Shown here: positions 55,526 to 64,000 of the stretch, one piece after another
Layout of the letters: each line of letters opens with the position of its first letter
Position numbering within the stretch: position 1 is the stretch's first letter
Source: an uncultured Chloroflexia bacterium
GTDB taxonomy: Bacteria > Chloroflexota > Limnocylindria > Limnocylindrales > CSP1-4
NCBI GenBank assembly: GCA_963790955.1
Contig: CAWBQM010000001.1
Location: forward strand, 262,285-326,284
Direction of reading: 5' to 3'
Length of the DNA: 64,000 bases
The notes under the pieces: generated by a model
The model's database searches: none
Told to the model about the DNA's origin: nothing
What the model saw: only the letters and a program-made list of their open reading frames with translations
Made by a program: the position numbers and the translations under genes

Positions 55526-56430
55526 AGAGCGTCAGCCGGCCCGCCGGCGGGCTGCCACCTGCGCTCTCGAGCCGGCTCGCCGTCCTCACCCGACCGATCG
55601 ACATCGGTGAGCGCACGCTGCCGCCGCTCGGGATCACCGTGCTGGCCGCGATCGGTTCAGTGCTGCTCATCGTGGACGCGTTCTATCGCTGGGCCACGCC
55701 GAGCGACGAGCACGCGTACTGGCTGGCGGCGCAGCGGCTGCTCAGCGGCGCCCCGCTGTACGACCCGACCGCGACACCGGTCACGCCGTACGCGTACTGG
55801 TATCCGCCGATCGTCGCCCAGGTGCTCACGCCGATCGCGGCCGCCTTGCCGTCGCTCGTCTTCACCGCCGCCTGGACCATCGTGCTCCTGCTGTGCCTGT
55901 TCTGGCTGGCCGACCGGAACGTGCTCATGGCGCTTGCCCTCGTCGCCTTCCCACCGGTCGCCGTGGAGCTCTGGTTCCGGAACATCCACCTCATCCTGGC
56001 GGTGCTCCTCGTGCTCGCGATCGAGCGTCGAGGCGAGGTGTTCGCCATCGGCGCGGCGATCAAGATCTCGCCCGGATTGGGCATCCCGTGGCTGGCCGCC
56101 GCCGGTCGCTGGCGGGCGGCCGCGGTGGCATCGGTCGTGGGCCTGGTGCTTCTCGTGGCGAGCGTCGCCATCTCGCCCGACGCGTGGCGTCAGTTCCTCG
56201 ACGTCGTCGGCGCCCGCGGACCGGGTGACGTGTCGGGCTTCCTGCCGATCCCGTACGCCGTGCGCGCCGCGGCCGGTCTCGTCCTCGCGATCGTCGCCGG
56301 CCGGCTGTCCGGCCGCGCCTCCGGGATCCTGCTCGTCCTTGCGGTCACGATCGCGCTCCCGACGCTGTGGTTCACGGCCCTCAGCACGCTCGTGGCGATC
56401 GTTCCGCTCGCCCGACGAGCCGAACCATGA
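55516..56430 (+). CDS. GT87-like glycosyltransferase
   Basis: 'SDEHAYWLAA', 'YWYPP', 'FRNIH', 'IKISP'. Confidence 0.8.
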   Translation: MELKSVSRPAGGLPPALSSRLAVLTRPIDIGERTLPPLGITVLAAIGSVLLIVDAFYRWATPSDEHAYWLAAQRLLSGAPLYDPTATPVTPYAYWYPPIVAQVLTPIAAALPSLVFTAAWTIVLLLCLFWLADRNVLMALALVAFPPVAVELWFRNIHLILAVLLVLAIERRGEVFAIGAAIKISPGLGIPWLAAAGRWRAAAVASVVGLVLLVASVAISPDAWRQFLDVVGARGPGDVSGFLPIPYAVRAAAGLVLAIVAGRLSGRASGILLVLAVTIALPTLWFTALSTLVAIVPLARRAEP

Positions 56431-56453
56431 GCTCGAGGTCCGAGGGGCTATCC

Positions 56454-57589
56454 ATGGACGCCACGACGTCGCCCTCCGGACGGGCGATGGGCGTCGCGAC
56501 GGCGATCGTCCGGCGCTATGGCGTGGTCGCGGCGGCGTTCGGTCTGTCGCGGCTGCTCATCCTGGCCGCAGCGGCCCTGGCCGAGGCATGGCCCGGCCGA
56601 AATCCGGCCCTGACCAGCGGCTCGAGCGGGCCGCTGCTCACGAGCCTGACCAGCTGGGACGGCTGGTGGTACCTCGGGATCGCACGCGACGGCTACCACG
56701 CGGCGGCCGTGACCGGCCCCTATCACGACTACGCCTTCCTGCCGCTCTACCCGGCGCTCGTCCGTGTGCTGTCGCTGCCGTGGCCGGCCTTCGATGGGCT
56801 GGTCGCGGTGATCCTCTCCAACGTCCTGTTCCTCGTCGCCCTCGTTCTCCTGGTCGAGCTCGGCGAGCCGTACCTCGGACGGGAGCGCTCGGAGCGGGCG
56901 GCCGTGCTGCTCTCGTTCGCGCCGTTCGGCGCCGTGTTCGGCATGGCCTACGCGGAGAGCCTGTTCCTCGTGCTGTCCATCGGAGCGTTCCTTGCGGTCG
57001 AGCGCCGAAGGCTCGCGCTCGCGGGCGCGCTGGTCGCCCTGGCCGCGCTCGACCGGTTGCAGGGCGCCCTGCTGATCCTGCCGCTGGCCATCCTCGCCAG
57101 CCAGCGCATGGGACGCCCGACCATCCAGCTTGCCTGGCTCCTCCTGGGGCCGCTGGCCGCGCTCGGTTTCGTGGCGTACGTGGGCGCACTCACCGGCACG
57201 CCGGGCGGCTTCTCGGGCGCGCAGGCCGGCTGGGGCCGCGCGGGCATCGAGCGGCGGACGCCTCGCAGAGTCTCGGTTCCAACCTCACGCCGCAAAACCT
57301 GGTCGCGCTCGTCACCCTGTGCGTTGCCTTGTTCCTGCTGCTCAGTCTCGGTCGGCGCAGTCGGCTGCCTGTCGCCTACCTGCTCGTGCCGGTCCTGTAC
57401 CTGGCGTCGGTGTTCTTCAGCGGCATCCTGGAATTGGTCGGGAGATATGCGGTGGTGGCGTTCCCGCTGGCCTGGCTGCTGGTCGAGCGGTCCCGGAACG
57501 GCGACCGATGGCGAATGGTCGGCGCCCTCGCCGCACTCGGCCTTGCGTTGACCGCCGGCGCTTCGTTTGCCGGGCAGCTCGTCCCGTGA
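56454..57589 (+). CDS. PIG-V/GT76-like mannosyltransferase, frameshifted
   Basis: 'SWDGWWYLGIARDGY', 'AFLPLYP', 'YAESLF'. Confidence 0.82.
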
Positions 57590-57628
57590 GCTCCGCCGCG
57601 GCTGGGGGCCGCGCGTAGGATGGCGCCC

Positions 57629-58165
57629 ATGCAGCCGACCGCGTCGACCTCCTCGAACCGGTATGAGCACCGCCTCGACCGGTTGCGCGAGCATCGAACG
57701 CTGGGACGCCCGGTGAGGTTCTACTTCCGACGGCGGGAGCAGCTGCTGTACCTCGTCGTCGGCGCCTGGAACACCGTCTTCGGCTATGGCGCCTGGGCTG
57801 TCCTGCAGCTCGTCCTCGGCGGCCGCGTGCACTACCTCGCCATCGTGCTGCTGTCGTGGCCGATCGCGGTGCTGAATGCGTATGCCGGATACCGCCTGGT
57901 GGTGTTCCGGAGTCGGGGCTCGATCCTTCGCGAGCTGCCCCGCTTCTCGCTCGTCTACGTGGCGACGCTCGTCGTGAACCTCGCGCTGCTACCCGTCGCT
58001 CTGCAGGTGCTGCCGTTCACGATCTACGTCGATCAGGCGCTCTTCCTTGGGGTCGTCGTGGTCTGCAGCTATCTGGCTCACAAGTACTACAGCTTCGGCG
58101 GCGCGCATCGCAGGGACGCGGCTGTGCCGCGCATCTACGATCCGCATACCGGGACTAAGGACTGA
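57629..58165 (+). CDS. GtrA family putative flippase
   Basis: 'YLVVGAWNTVFGY', 'NAYAGYRLVVFRS', 'SYLAHKYYSF'. Confidence 0.85.
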   Translation: MQPTASTSSNRYEHRLDRLREHRTLGRPVRFYFRRREQLLYLVVGAWNTVFGYGAWAVLQLVLGGRVHYLAIVLLSWPIAVLNAYAGYRLVVFRSRGSILRELPRFSLVYVATLVVNLALLPVALQVLPFTIYVDQALFLGVVVVCSYLAHKYYSFGGAHRRDAAVPRIYDPHTGTKD

Positions 58166-58194
58166 CCGGTGCCCAAGCGTCGAGGGGAAGAGTC

Positions 58195-59295
58195 GTGCCA
58201 CTCCTGACCATCCTTACGCCCTGCTACAACGAGGAAGGCAACGTCCGCGAGGTCTACGAGCGCGTCAAGGCCGCCATGGCGACGCTGCCCGCCTACGACT
58301 ATGACCACCTGTTCATCGACAACGCCTCGACGGACGGGACGGTCCCGATCCTGCGCGAGCTCGCGGCTGGCGATCGGCGCGTGAAGGTCATCGTCAACAC
58401 GCGCAACTTCGGACACATCCGCTCGCCGTATTACGGCTTCCTCCAAGCGCGAGGGGATGCCGTCATGACCTGCGTCGCGGATCTGCAGGACCCGCCTGAG
58501 CTCATCTCCCAGTTCGTGCACAAGTGGGAGGAAGGCTACAAGGTCGTCATCGGCGTCAAGAACGGCAGCCACGAGTCGTGGCTGATGTCGAGGGTCCGAA
58601 GAGCCTACTACTGGCTGGTCGCAAAGCTCTCGTCGGACGTCGAACTCGTTCACAATTTTACTGGGTTTGGGCTATACGACCGCGAGGTGATCGAGCAGTT
58701 TCGCGCCACCGACGAGCAATATCCATACTTTCGTGGCCTTGTTAGCGACTTGGGGTATGAGCGCGCAGAGATTACATACGTTCAACCCGCGCGATCGAGC
58801 GGACGCACGAAGAACAACTTCTTCACCCTGTACGACATGGCGATGCTGGGAGTGACCAGCCATTCGAAGGTTCCCTTGCGCCTTGCGACCATGGCCGGGT
58901 TTGCGCTCTCAGTTCTCGCGTTGTTCGTGGCTGTTGCGTACCTTCTGTTGAAGCTCGCCTGGTGGCAGACCTTCAATCTTGGTCTGGCTCCGTTGGTTGT
59001 TGGCGTGTACTTTCTTGGCGCCGTGCAGTTGTTCTTCATCGGGCTGCTCGGCGAGTACATCGGCTCGATCCACACCCAGGTCCACAGGCGGCCGATCGTG
59101 GTGGAGCGAGAACGCATCAACTTCGAGGAGTTCACGGTGGTGGCCCCTAACCCATCCCGACACCCCTCGCCGGCCTTGCCTTCGAAACGCTATCGGCAAG
59201 GCGCCTTGATTTCCGAGGGGGACTCGAACAACGGCGGAGTGTCCGGGCAAGGCCCCACTCCGTCTTTGGCTCGGTCGCGTCCGCGAACCGAATAG
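58195..59295 (+). CDS. GtrB-like GT2 glycosyltransferase with two C-terminal TM helices
   Basis: 'PCYNEEGN', 'IDNASTD', 'NTRNFGH', 'DLQDPP', 'FRGL', 'GEYIG'. Confidence 0.9.
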   Translation: MPLLTILTPCYNEEGNVREVYERVKAAMATLPAYDYDHLFIDNASTDGTVPILRELAAGDRRVKVIVNTRNFGHIRSPYYGFLQARGDAVMTCVADLQDPPELISQFVHKWEEGYKVVIGVKNGSHESWLMSRVRRAYYWLVAKLSSDVELVHNFTGFGLYDREVIEQFRATDEQYPYFRGLVSDLGYERAEITYVQPARSSGRTKNNFFTLYDMAMLGVTSHSKVPLRLATMAGFALSVLALFVAVAYLLLKLAWWQTFNLGLAPLVVGVYFLGAVQLFFIGLLGEYIGSIHTQVHRRPIVVERERINFEEFTVVAPNPSRHPSPALPSKRYRQGALISEGDSNNGGVSGQGPTPSLARSRPRTE

Positions 59296-59405
59296 CGGCT
59301 CTCGCACGGCAGGCAGCGAATTCTTGCTGGCTGACGTGTCTGGTCATCGTTCTGGCAGGCAATAAGCGGCCAGGTTGCCCAGTCTCTCAAGACGGAGATG
59401 AGTCG

Positions 59406-60362
59406 ATGCGCCTTCCCGCTGGCCTTGGCGCCTGGCTTACAAGGAGACCCGGCTTGATGTTCGTGGTTCTCCGCGTGTACGCACTGGTTCATGGATGCCA
59501 TCTGCTGGCACATGGCGAGTCGATATTGATTAGCAAGGGCGCGCGGACGATGCGCCTCAGTATGGGACATGCTCCCTACGTTCGGGACATCGTGGAGGAG
59601 TTTGAAACGTACTTCGGAGCAGTTGAGTCAGAGCCGGGTCCCGATGGCACTGATGTAGTGGATTGTTCGGGTCGGCGCGAGCATCTCCTTGAGGGCTGGA
59701 ATTTGTTTCCGATCCTGCTCCCTGGCCTTCCTGAACCTATGGTGACGGTCCGCCAATACGTCGCTCTGACTGCGATGTCGTCGGGCGACAACGTGATCGA
59801 TCTTGGCGCCTATGCCGGTGTGACAGCGATGGCTTTTCAAGAGGTCGTTGGACCTTCGGGCCGTGTTGTCGCTGTTGAAGCGGATCCCGAAAACGCGGCG
59901 TGCGCACATGTCAACATCGGGCACTACATCAAGCGTCGCGGGTATGGCCCGACATTGATCAACGCAGCGGTCTGGTCTGCGAGCGGTTCCGTGGATTTCG
60001 TCGCTGAAGGAACCCTCGGATCAGCCGTCGCTCAACTGCTACCGCGTTCACATGCCATCCCGGTGTCGGTCCGCACCCTCACGCTCTCGGAGCTCGTGGT
60101 GATAGCCTCTATGGAGCGTGTTGACATCATCAAGGCGGACATTGAGGGCGCGGAGTTCAAGGCATTTTCCGATGCCTCGTTCTTTGCCACCCGGCACCCG
60201 GTTCTCATCTTCGAGCCAGTCGGTACAACGGTACACGAGACTCAGCTCGAGGCGATCGAGACACTCCTTGCGGGATACGGCTACACCTTCGAGGTCGTCC
60301 GTCAGCATGGGTCGCGGTTGCCCCTTGTAGTGTGCCGGCACCCAACAAGCACTGTCTGTTGA
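59406..60362 (+). CDS. FkbM family methyltransferase
   Basis: 'IDLGAYAG', 'AVEADP', 'KADIEGAE'. Confidence 0.85.
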   Translation: MRLPAGLGAWLTRRPGLMFVVLRVYALVHGCHLLAHGESILISKGARTMRLSMGHAPYVRDIVEEFETYFGAVESEPGPDGTDVVDCSGRREHLLEGWNLFPILLPGLPEPMVTVRQYVALTAMSSGDNVIDLGAYAGVTAMAFQEVVGPSGRVVAVEADPENAACAHVNIGHYIKRRGYGPTLINAAVWSASGSVDFVAEGTLGSAVAQLLPRSHAIPVSVRTLTLSELVVIASMERVDIIKADIEGAEFKAFSDASFFATRHPVLIFEPVGTTVHETQLEAIETLLAGYGYTFEVVRQHGSRLPLVVCRHPTSTVC

Positions 60363-60404
60363 GCAACCACGGACGCGGCAAATCGGCCGAGGCCATCGCA
60401 GCGG

Positions 60405-61617
60405 TCAACCCTTGGGGAATCGCGAGGATGGGTCGGCGGGCATGGCGTACAGCACCGTATCAAAGCCTTCTCCGGCGTGAGGCCGGATGAAGAGTCGATA
60501 GTCTGCTCGCATTTCGTGCACCAGGAGGGGTAGATCCCAGAGATCCGCCTGGTTGTGATACGCCGCAATCGCGAGAAGGGGCTCGCCTTCGCTGATTACA
60601 CGCCTCGATCCCTGTAGGGCGGCAGCCTCTGCCCCCTCGATGTCCATCTTCACTTAACGTCGGGGCGTCGATGGTTACTTCGTCGATCGTGACGCAATCG
60701 ACCTCGTACTGCCCGACGGTCGACAGCTTCGCCGAAGCGAGGCCAGTCGCAGTGAAGTCCGCGGTGCCGCGGCGGTCGGCAGTGGCGGCCCGATGTAGGT
60801 GCACTCGTTGGGCGAGCTCCGGCGGAAGCGACTCTGCGGCCGCCTGTAAGGCGGTAAACGAGGCCGGATCTGGCTCAAACGCATAGTACGTGCGCCATGA
60901 CCCGACGCGATTGGCGATGTCAAGCAGTGTGTCACCGGTGAATGCGCCGCAATCGACGAACACCTCGTCCGGGCCGACGCGGACGACGCCATCGGCGAAG
61001 TACTGGTTCGGCTCTGGATGCGAAAGTGCCGCGAAGTCGGCAGAGAGCCGCCATTCGATCTGACCAACGAACTCGCGGAGTGAGCGGTCATCCGACCAGA
61101 GGTTGGCGGCCCTCAGAACGTCGGCCTGAGCATGGAGAACGCTGGACGGACGGTCGATCGTGATGTATGGCAGTGCATCCGCGCCATATCCCCAGAACAA
61201 CGGAATGAAGGACTCGACCCACCGCCACCCGTGCGCCTGCAGCGCCGCCCGTGTCAGCGAGAAGTCATGCCCGCCCTCCGCGCGCCAGATCGTCACGATG
61301 GCCAATCCATCCGCCGCGAACCGGGAGCTGGCCTCCGAGGGTGACAGGACGGGAACCCGCTCGATGAAGGTCCCCCATAGCCGCTCGTCGTTATCCACGA
61401 AAGCGACTGCGTCTTGTCCGTGGTCACGGAGAAGCTCGAGCGTGCGCCTGCCAAGGTTGCCGGCTCCGAACAGCACGATGGGTAAGCTCGCACGCCCCGC
61501 GATCTCCGCGGCGAGTCTCAATTCGCGTTCGGAGGCCGACGAGGGGGCCTCGGCGAGCAGCTGGCGGAGGCGGTCGGTCAGAGCGCCTCGCGACGCAGTT
61601 CGGCCGGCACTGATCAC
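60405..61617 (-). CDS. FkbM family methyltransferase with N-terminal Rossmann-like extension, frameshifted near 60655
   Basis: 'LFGAGNLG', 'VDCGAFTGDT', 'AFEPDP', then 'KMDIEGAE...AYH..DLW'. Confidence 0.85.
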
Positions 61618-62693
61618 AGCCCGCGCTCCACGATCACGCGCTTCAGGTTGTCATTGTTCGCGTATGGGCTGTCGATGTCGTCAATGCGGATAGCCTCATC
61701 GGCCCGCACGTCCCGCATGAGGACCTCCCCTCGCATGAGTTCCCGACAGGAGATCTGGCCCTTCTGGAGCGGGATTGCAAGATAGACATCTTCATCGCCG
61801 AGGGCATGGCCCGCTGGCAGATCGCGTGACGCGTACACGCCGCGAACGAGCGCATCCAGATACTCGATCTCTCGTTGCGAGCTCACCCTCCATCCCTCGC
61901 CTGGCGCGCCGCACATCTCCTTGGCGTCCTGCCAGGCTTTGAACCACGTGTCTACTTGCTCCGGCAGGGAGCAATATGGCGACACGGGCACGCCAGCGTC
62001 ATCGATGTCGATGTGCCGCTCGAAGGTTCGCGCTCCCTTCGCATACGCGATTGTGATCGACCGAATCCAGTCGCGATATTCATGAGAAGAGAATCCGATC
62101 GTGTGATTCGGATACCGACGACAGAGGAAATCGATCTGGTTTAGCTGCAGATCACTGTTCTCGCTCGGGTATAGTGACACACAGTGGTTGATCGCCAGGG
62201 GGATGTTCCGGTGTTCGAAGAAGGTAACCAGGTCGTCGATATCCTTGAGCGAGCTACCACCTGTGGATACGATGACCGGCTTGCGAGTGGTCGCGATCTT
62301 CTCGATGAGCATCCAGTCATTGCCATCCGAGCTGGCGATCTTGAGGATCTGCACGCCAAGTTCCTGGCATAGGTCGACAGACGCTTCGTCGAATGGGGAG
62401 GCCATCGTCACGCACCCCGCCTTGCGCGTGGCATCCACGAGCGTGCCGTAATCATCCGCGCTCATGCGGGTGTCCATCGTCTTCTTGATGTATCGAATGT
62501 CGGTGCGATCGCGGAAGTCACGGTGGATGAAGCGATCCACATCGCGGAACTGAAGCTTCAGCGCAGCTCGCACATTATTGAACCGTACAACTCGGGAGTA
62601 GGCGGTGATGATCTTGAGGCCTCGCTCCACGCTGCCCCAGTGATTGTTCGCCACCTCGAGAACGAACAGATCTTCGAAGATGTCGCAATTCAC
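61614..62693 (-). CDS. NeuB/SpsE-like ulosonic acid synthase with C-terminal SAF domain
   Basis: 'LEVANNHWG', 'KLQ', 'SPFD', 'KIAS', 'VSTG', 'HCVSLYP', 'GFSSH', 'ERH'. Confidence 0.88.
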   Translation of the reverse strand: MNCDIFEDLFVLEVANNHWGSVERGLKIITAYSRVVRFNNVRAALKLQFRDVDRFIHRDFRDRTDIRYIKKTMDTRMSADDYGTLVDATRKAGCVTMASPFDEASVDLCQELGVQILKIASSDGNDWMLIEKIATTRKPVIVSTGGSSLKDIDDLVTFFEHRNIPLAINHCVSLYPSENSDLQLNQIDFLCRRYPNHTIGFSSHEYRDWIRSITIAYAKGARTFERHIDIDDAGVPVSPYCSLPEQVDTWFKAWQDAKEMCGAPGEGWRVSSQREIEYLDALVRGVYASRDLPAGHALGDEDVYLAIPLQKGQISCRELMRGEVLMRDVRADEAIRIDDIDSPYANNDNLKRVIVERGL

Positions 62694-63379
62694 AGTTTCT
62701 CTCCCCGCGCGCGGCTCAGCACGTAGTCGGTGACGTCCGCGAGACTTGACAGTTCTACCCGGTTCTCGCTTGGGGCCGCATGACCCAGTGGTCCTGCGCC
62801 GGTGGTTACCGCCGCGAAGACGATCCCCCAAGCTGATGCTGCGAGCGCGTCCTGGTCGGAGTCTCCAACGACGACAGTCACCGTGGGATCGAGCCCCCCG
62901 CGCTGAAGACACTGCCCAATCAGGACGGCCTTCTGGGTCGGTTCCGCAGAGTCCGATTGCGCTAGAACGGCCTCGAGCAGGCCGGCAAGTCCGAAGTGCT
63001 CGAGGAGCCACCTGGTCGGCGTCGCTCTCTTGTTCGTGGCGACGAAGGCGCGAATGCCTCCGGCCCTCAGGGCGCGCAGGCATTCATGGGCGCCAGGGTA
63101 GAGCTCGGCTGACCGCCAGTGGTCCAGGTCATAGTGCCTACGGAATGAGGCGGACACTTCGCGACGCTGAACCTCAGATAGCATCGGCCCGAGACGGCCG
63201 ATCATCTCGTCCAAGGGCAGGCTCAGGTTCGCCTCCTCGGCGACAACGGTCCCAACGGCATGCTCCGCAAACGCAGCCGTGATGGCTGCCCGGATGCCGG
63301 GCCTCGTGTCCAGAAGGGTGCCGTCGAGGTCGAAGATTACGGCCTCGAGAAGACCCGACGGTGGTCGCGCCAAGGTCAT
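62690..63379 (-). CDS. HAD-IA hydrolase (phosphatase)
   Basis: 'FDLDGTL', 'ATNK', 'VVGDSDQD'. Confidence 0.87.
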   Translation of the reverse strand: MTLARPPSGLLEAVIFDLDGTLLDTRPGIRAAITAAFAEHAVGTVVAEEANLSLPLDEMIGRLGPMLSEVQRREVSASFRRHYDLDHWRSAELYPGAHECLRALRAGGIRAFVATNKRATPTRWLLEHFGLAGLLEAVLAQSDSAEPTQKAVLIGQCLQRGGLDPTVTVVVGDSDQDALAASAWGIVFAAVTTGAGPLGHAAPSENRVELSSLADVTDYVLSRARGEKL

Positions 63380-64000
63380 GGATCCAGCGGCTCGACTGCT
63401 TCGACCGCGCTTGACGGCATGTTGCGGGCAATCTCCGCAGGCTCCAGGAAGGGGTACATATCCTCCAGGGCTGGCGAGACGATGCTGCCGTCGGCCATGA
63501 CCCGCGACTTGATACGGGGCTCGAACTCCTGCTCAGGATCGAGCAGAACATGGCACACGACGGGCCCGTCGGTTTTGAGCACGCGCGTGATCGTGGCATC
63601 GAGAGAGGCTGGCTCGGTCATTCGCACCGACTGAATCCCATATGCAGACGCGATTGCGCCATGATCCGGAAATGAAACGCCGTCATCGGGCCCCGAGCCA
63701 ATCGTCGCACCGAAGAAGTTCCGCTGAGTGCTGCGGATGGACAGATACCCGCCATTGTCCAGAACAAAGAGTTTCACTGATAGTTGGTGATGGCGCACGG
63801 TCTGCAGTTCCTGGATATTTAGCTGGAGGCTGCCGTCGCCGGCAAGGCAAATCACTCGCCTGCCGTCTCGAGCCACGGCGGCGCCCACGGCCGCCGGCAG
63901 GTCGTAGCCCATGCTCGCTGATCCGGAGTTGGAAATCAGGCGTTGGCCTCGCTGCAGGCCGGCCACCTGAAAGGGCACAATCGTCGCGGTCGCATCGCCG
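63376..64000 (-). CDS. Thiamine pyrophosphate-binding enzyme (acetolactate synthase-like), 5'-truncated by window edge
   Basis: TPP motif 'GDGSLQLNIQEL...LDNGGY', 'SMGYDLPAAVGA'. Confidence 0.88.
   Translation of the reverse strand, partial: GDATATIVPFQVAGLQRGQRLISNSGSASMGYDLPAAVGAAVARDGRRVICLAGDGSLQLNIQELQTVRHHQLSVKLFVLDNGGYLSIRSTQRNFFGATIGSGPDDGVSFPDHGAIASAYGIQSVRMTEPASLDATITRVLKTDGPVVCHVLLDPEQEFEPRIKSRVMADGSIVSPALEDMYPFLEPAEIARNMPSSAVEAVEPLDP

Overview
High-GC bacterial chromosomal segment. Gene content and order suggest a monoderm-type Terrabacteria lineage, most plausibly Chloroflexota (inference, not demonstrable here). The assembly has many single-base indels: essential genes (rpmE, prfA, prmC, atpA/G/D/C, murA) are split across frames, so frameshifts are treated as sequencing errors. 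1-26.6 kb: mostly housekeeping (DUF2344, rplU-rpmA-rpmE, DUF1385, prfA, a glycogen-debranching-type glucosidase, prmC, Cof HAD, tsaC, glyA, WecA/TagO-type transferase, complete F1Fo atp operon, murA with Cys-to-Asp active site, mreB, PHP, UPF0104 protein), plus an orphan secreted protein/lipoprotein pair. 26.9-33.3 kb: XRE regulator, GT-C glycosyltransferase, nfo, ArsR-DUF2087, vapBC, hpf, comF. 33.7-45.8 kb: a Tad/Flp pilus locus (tadC, tadB, tadA, receiver-CpaE, cpaB, four Flp pilins, three nearly identical), a Fic gene bounded by 23-bp inverted repeats, and a DegS-like kinase / DegU-like regulator / DegS-like pseudokinase operon whose last gene is a pilin. 45.9-64 kb: a dense cluster of GT-C-fold membrane glycosyltransferases (six GT87-like, one GT76/PIG-V-like, two ArnT/PMT-like), polyprenol-phosphate sugar synthases, GtrA, and a lower-GC unusual-sugar block (two FkbM methyltransferases, NeuB-like synthase, HAD phosphatase, TPP enzyme). 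Best candidates for novelty: the kinase/pseudokinase relay coupled to Tad pili, the GT-C glycan factory, and the inverted-repeat-bounded Fic cassette.
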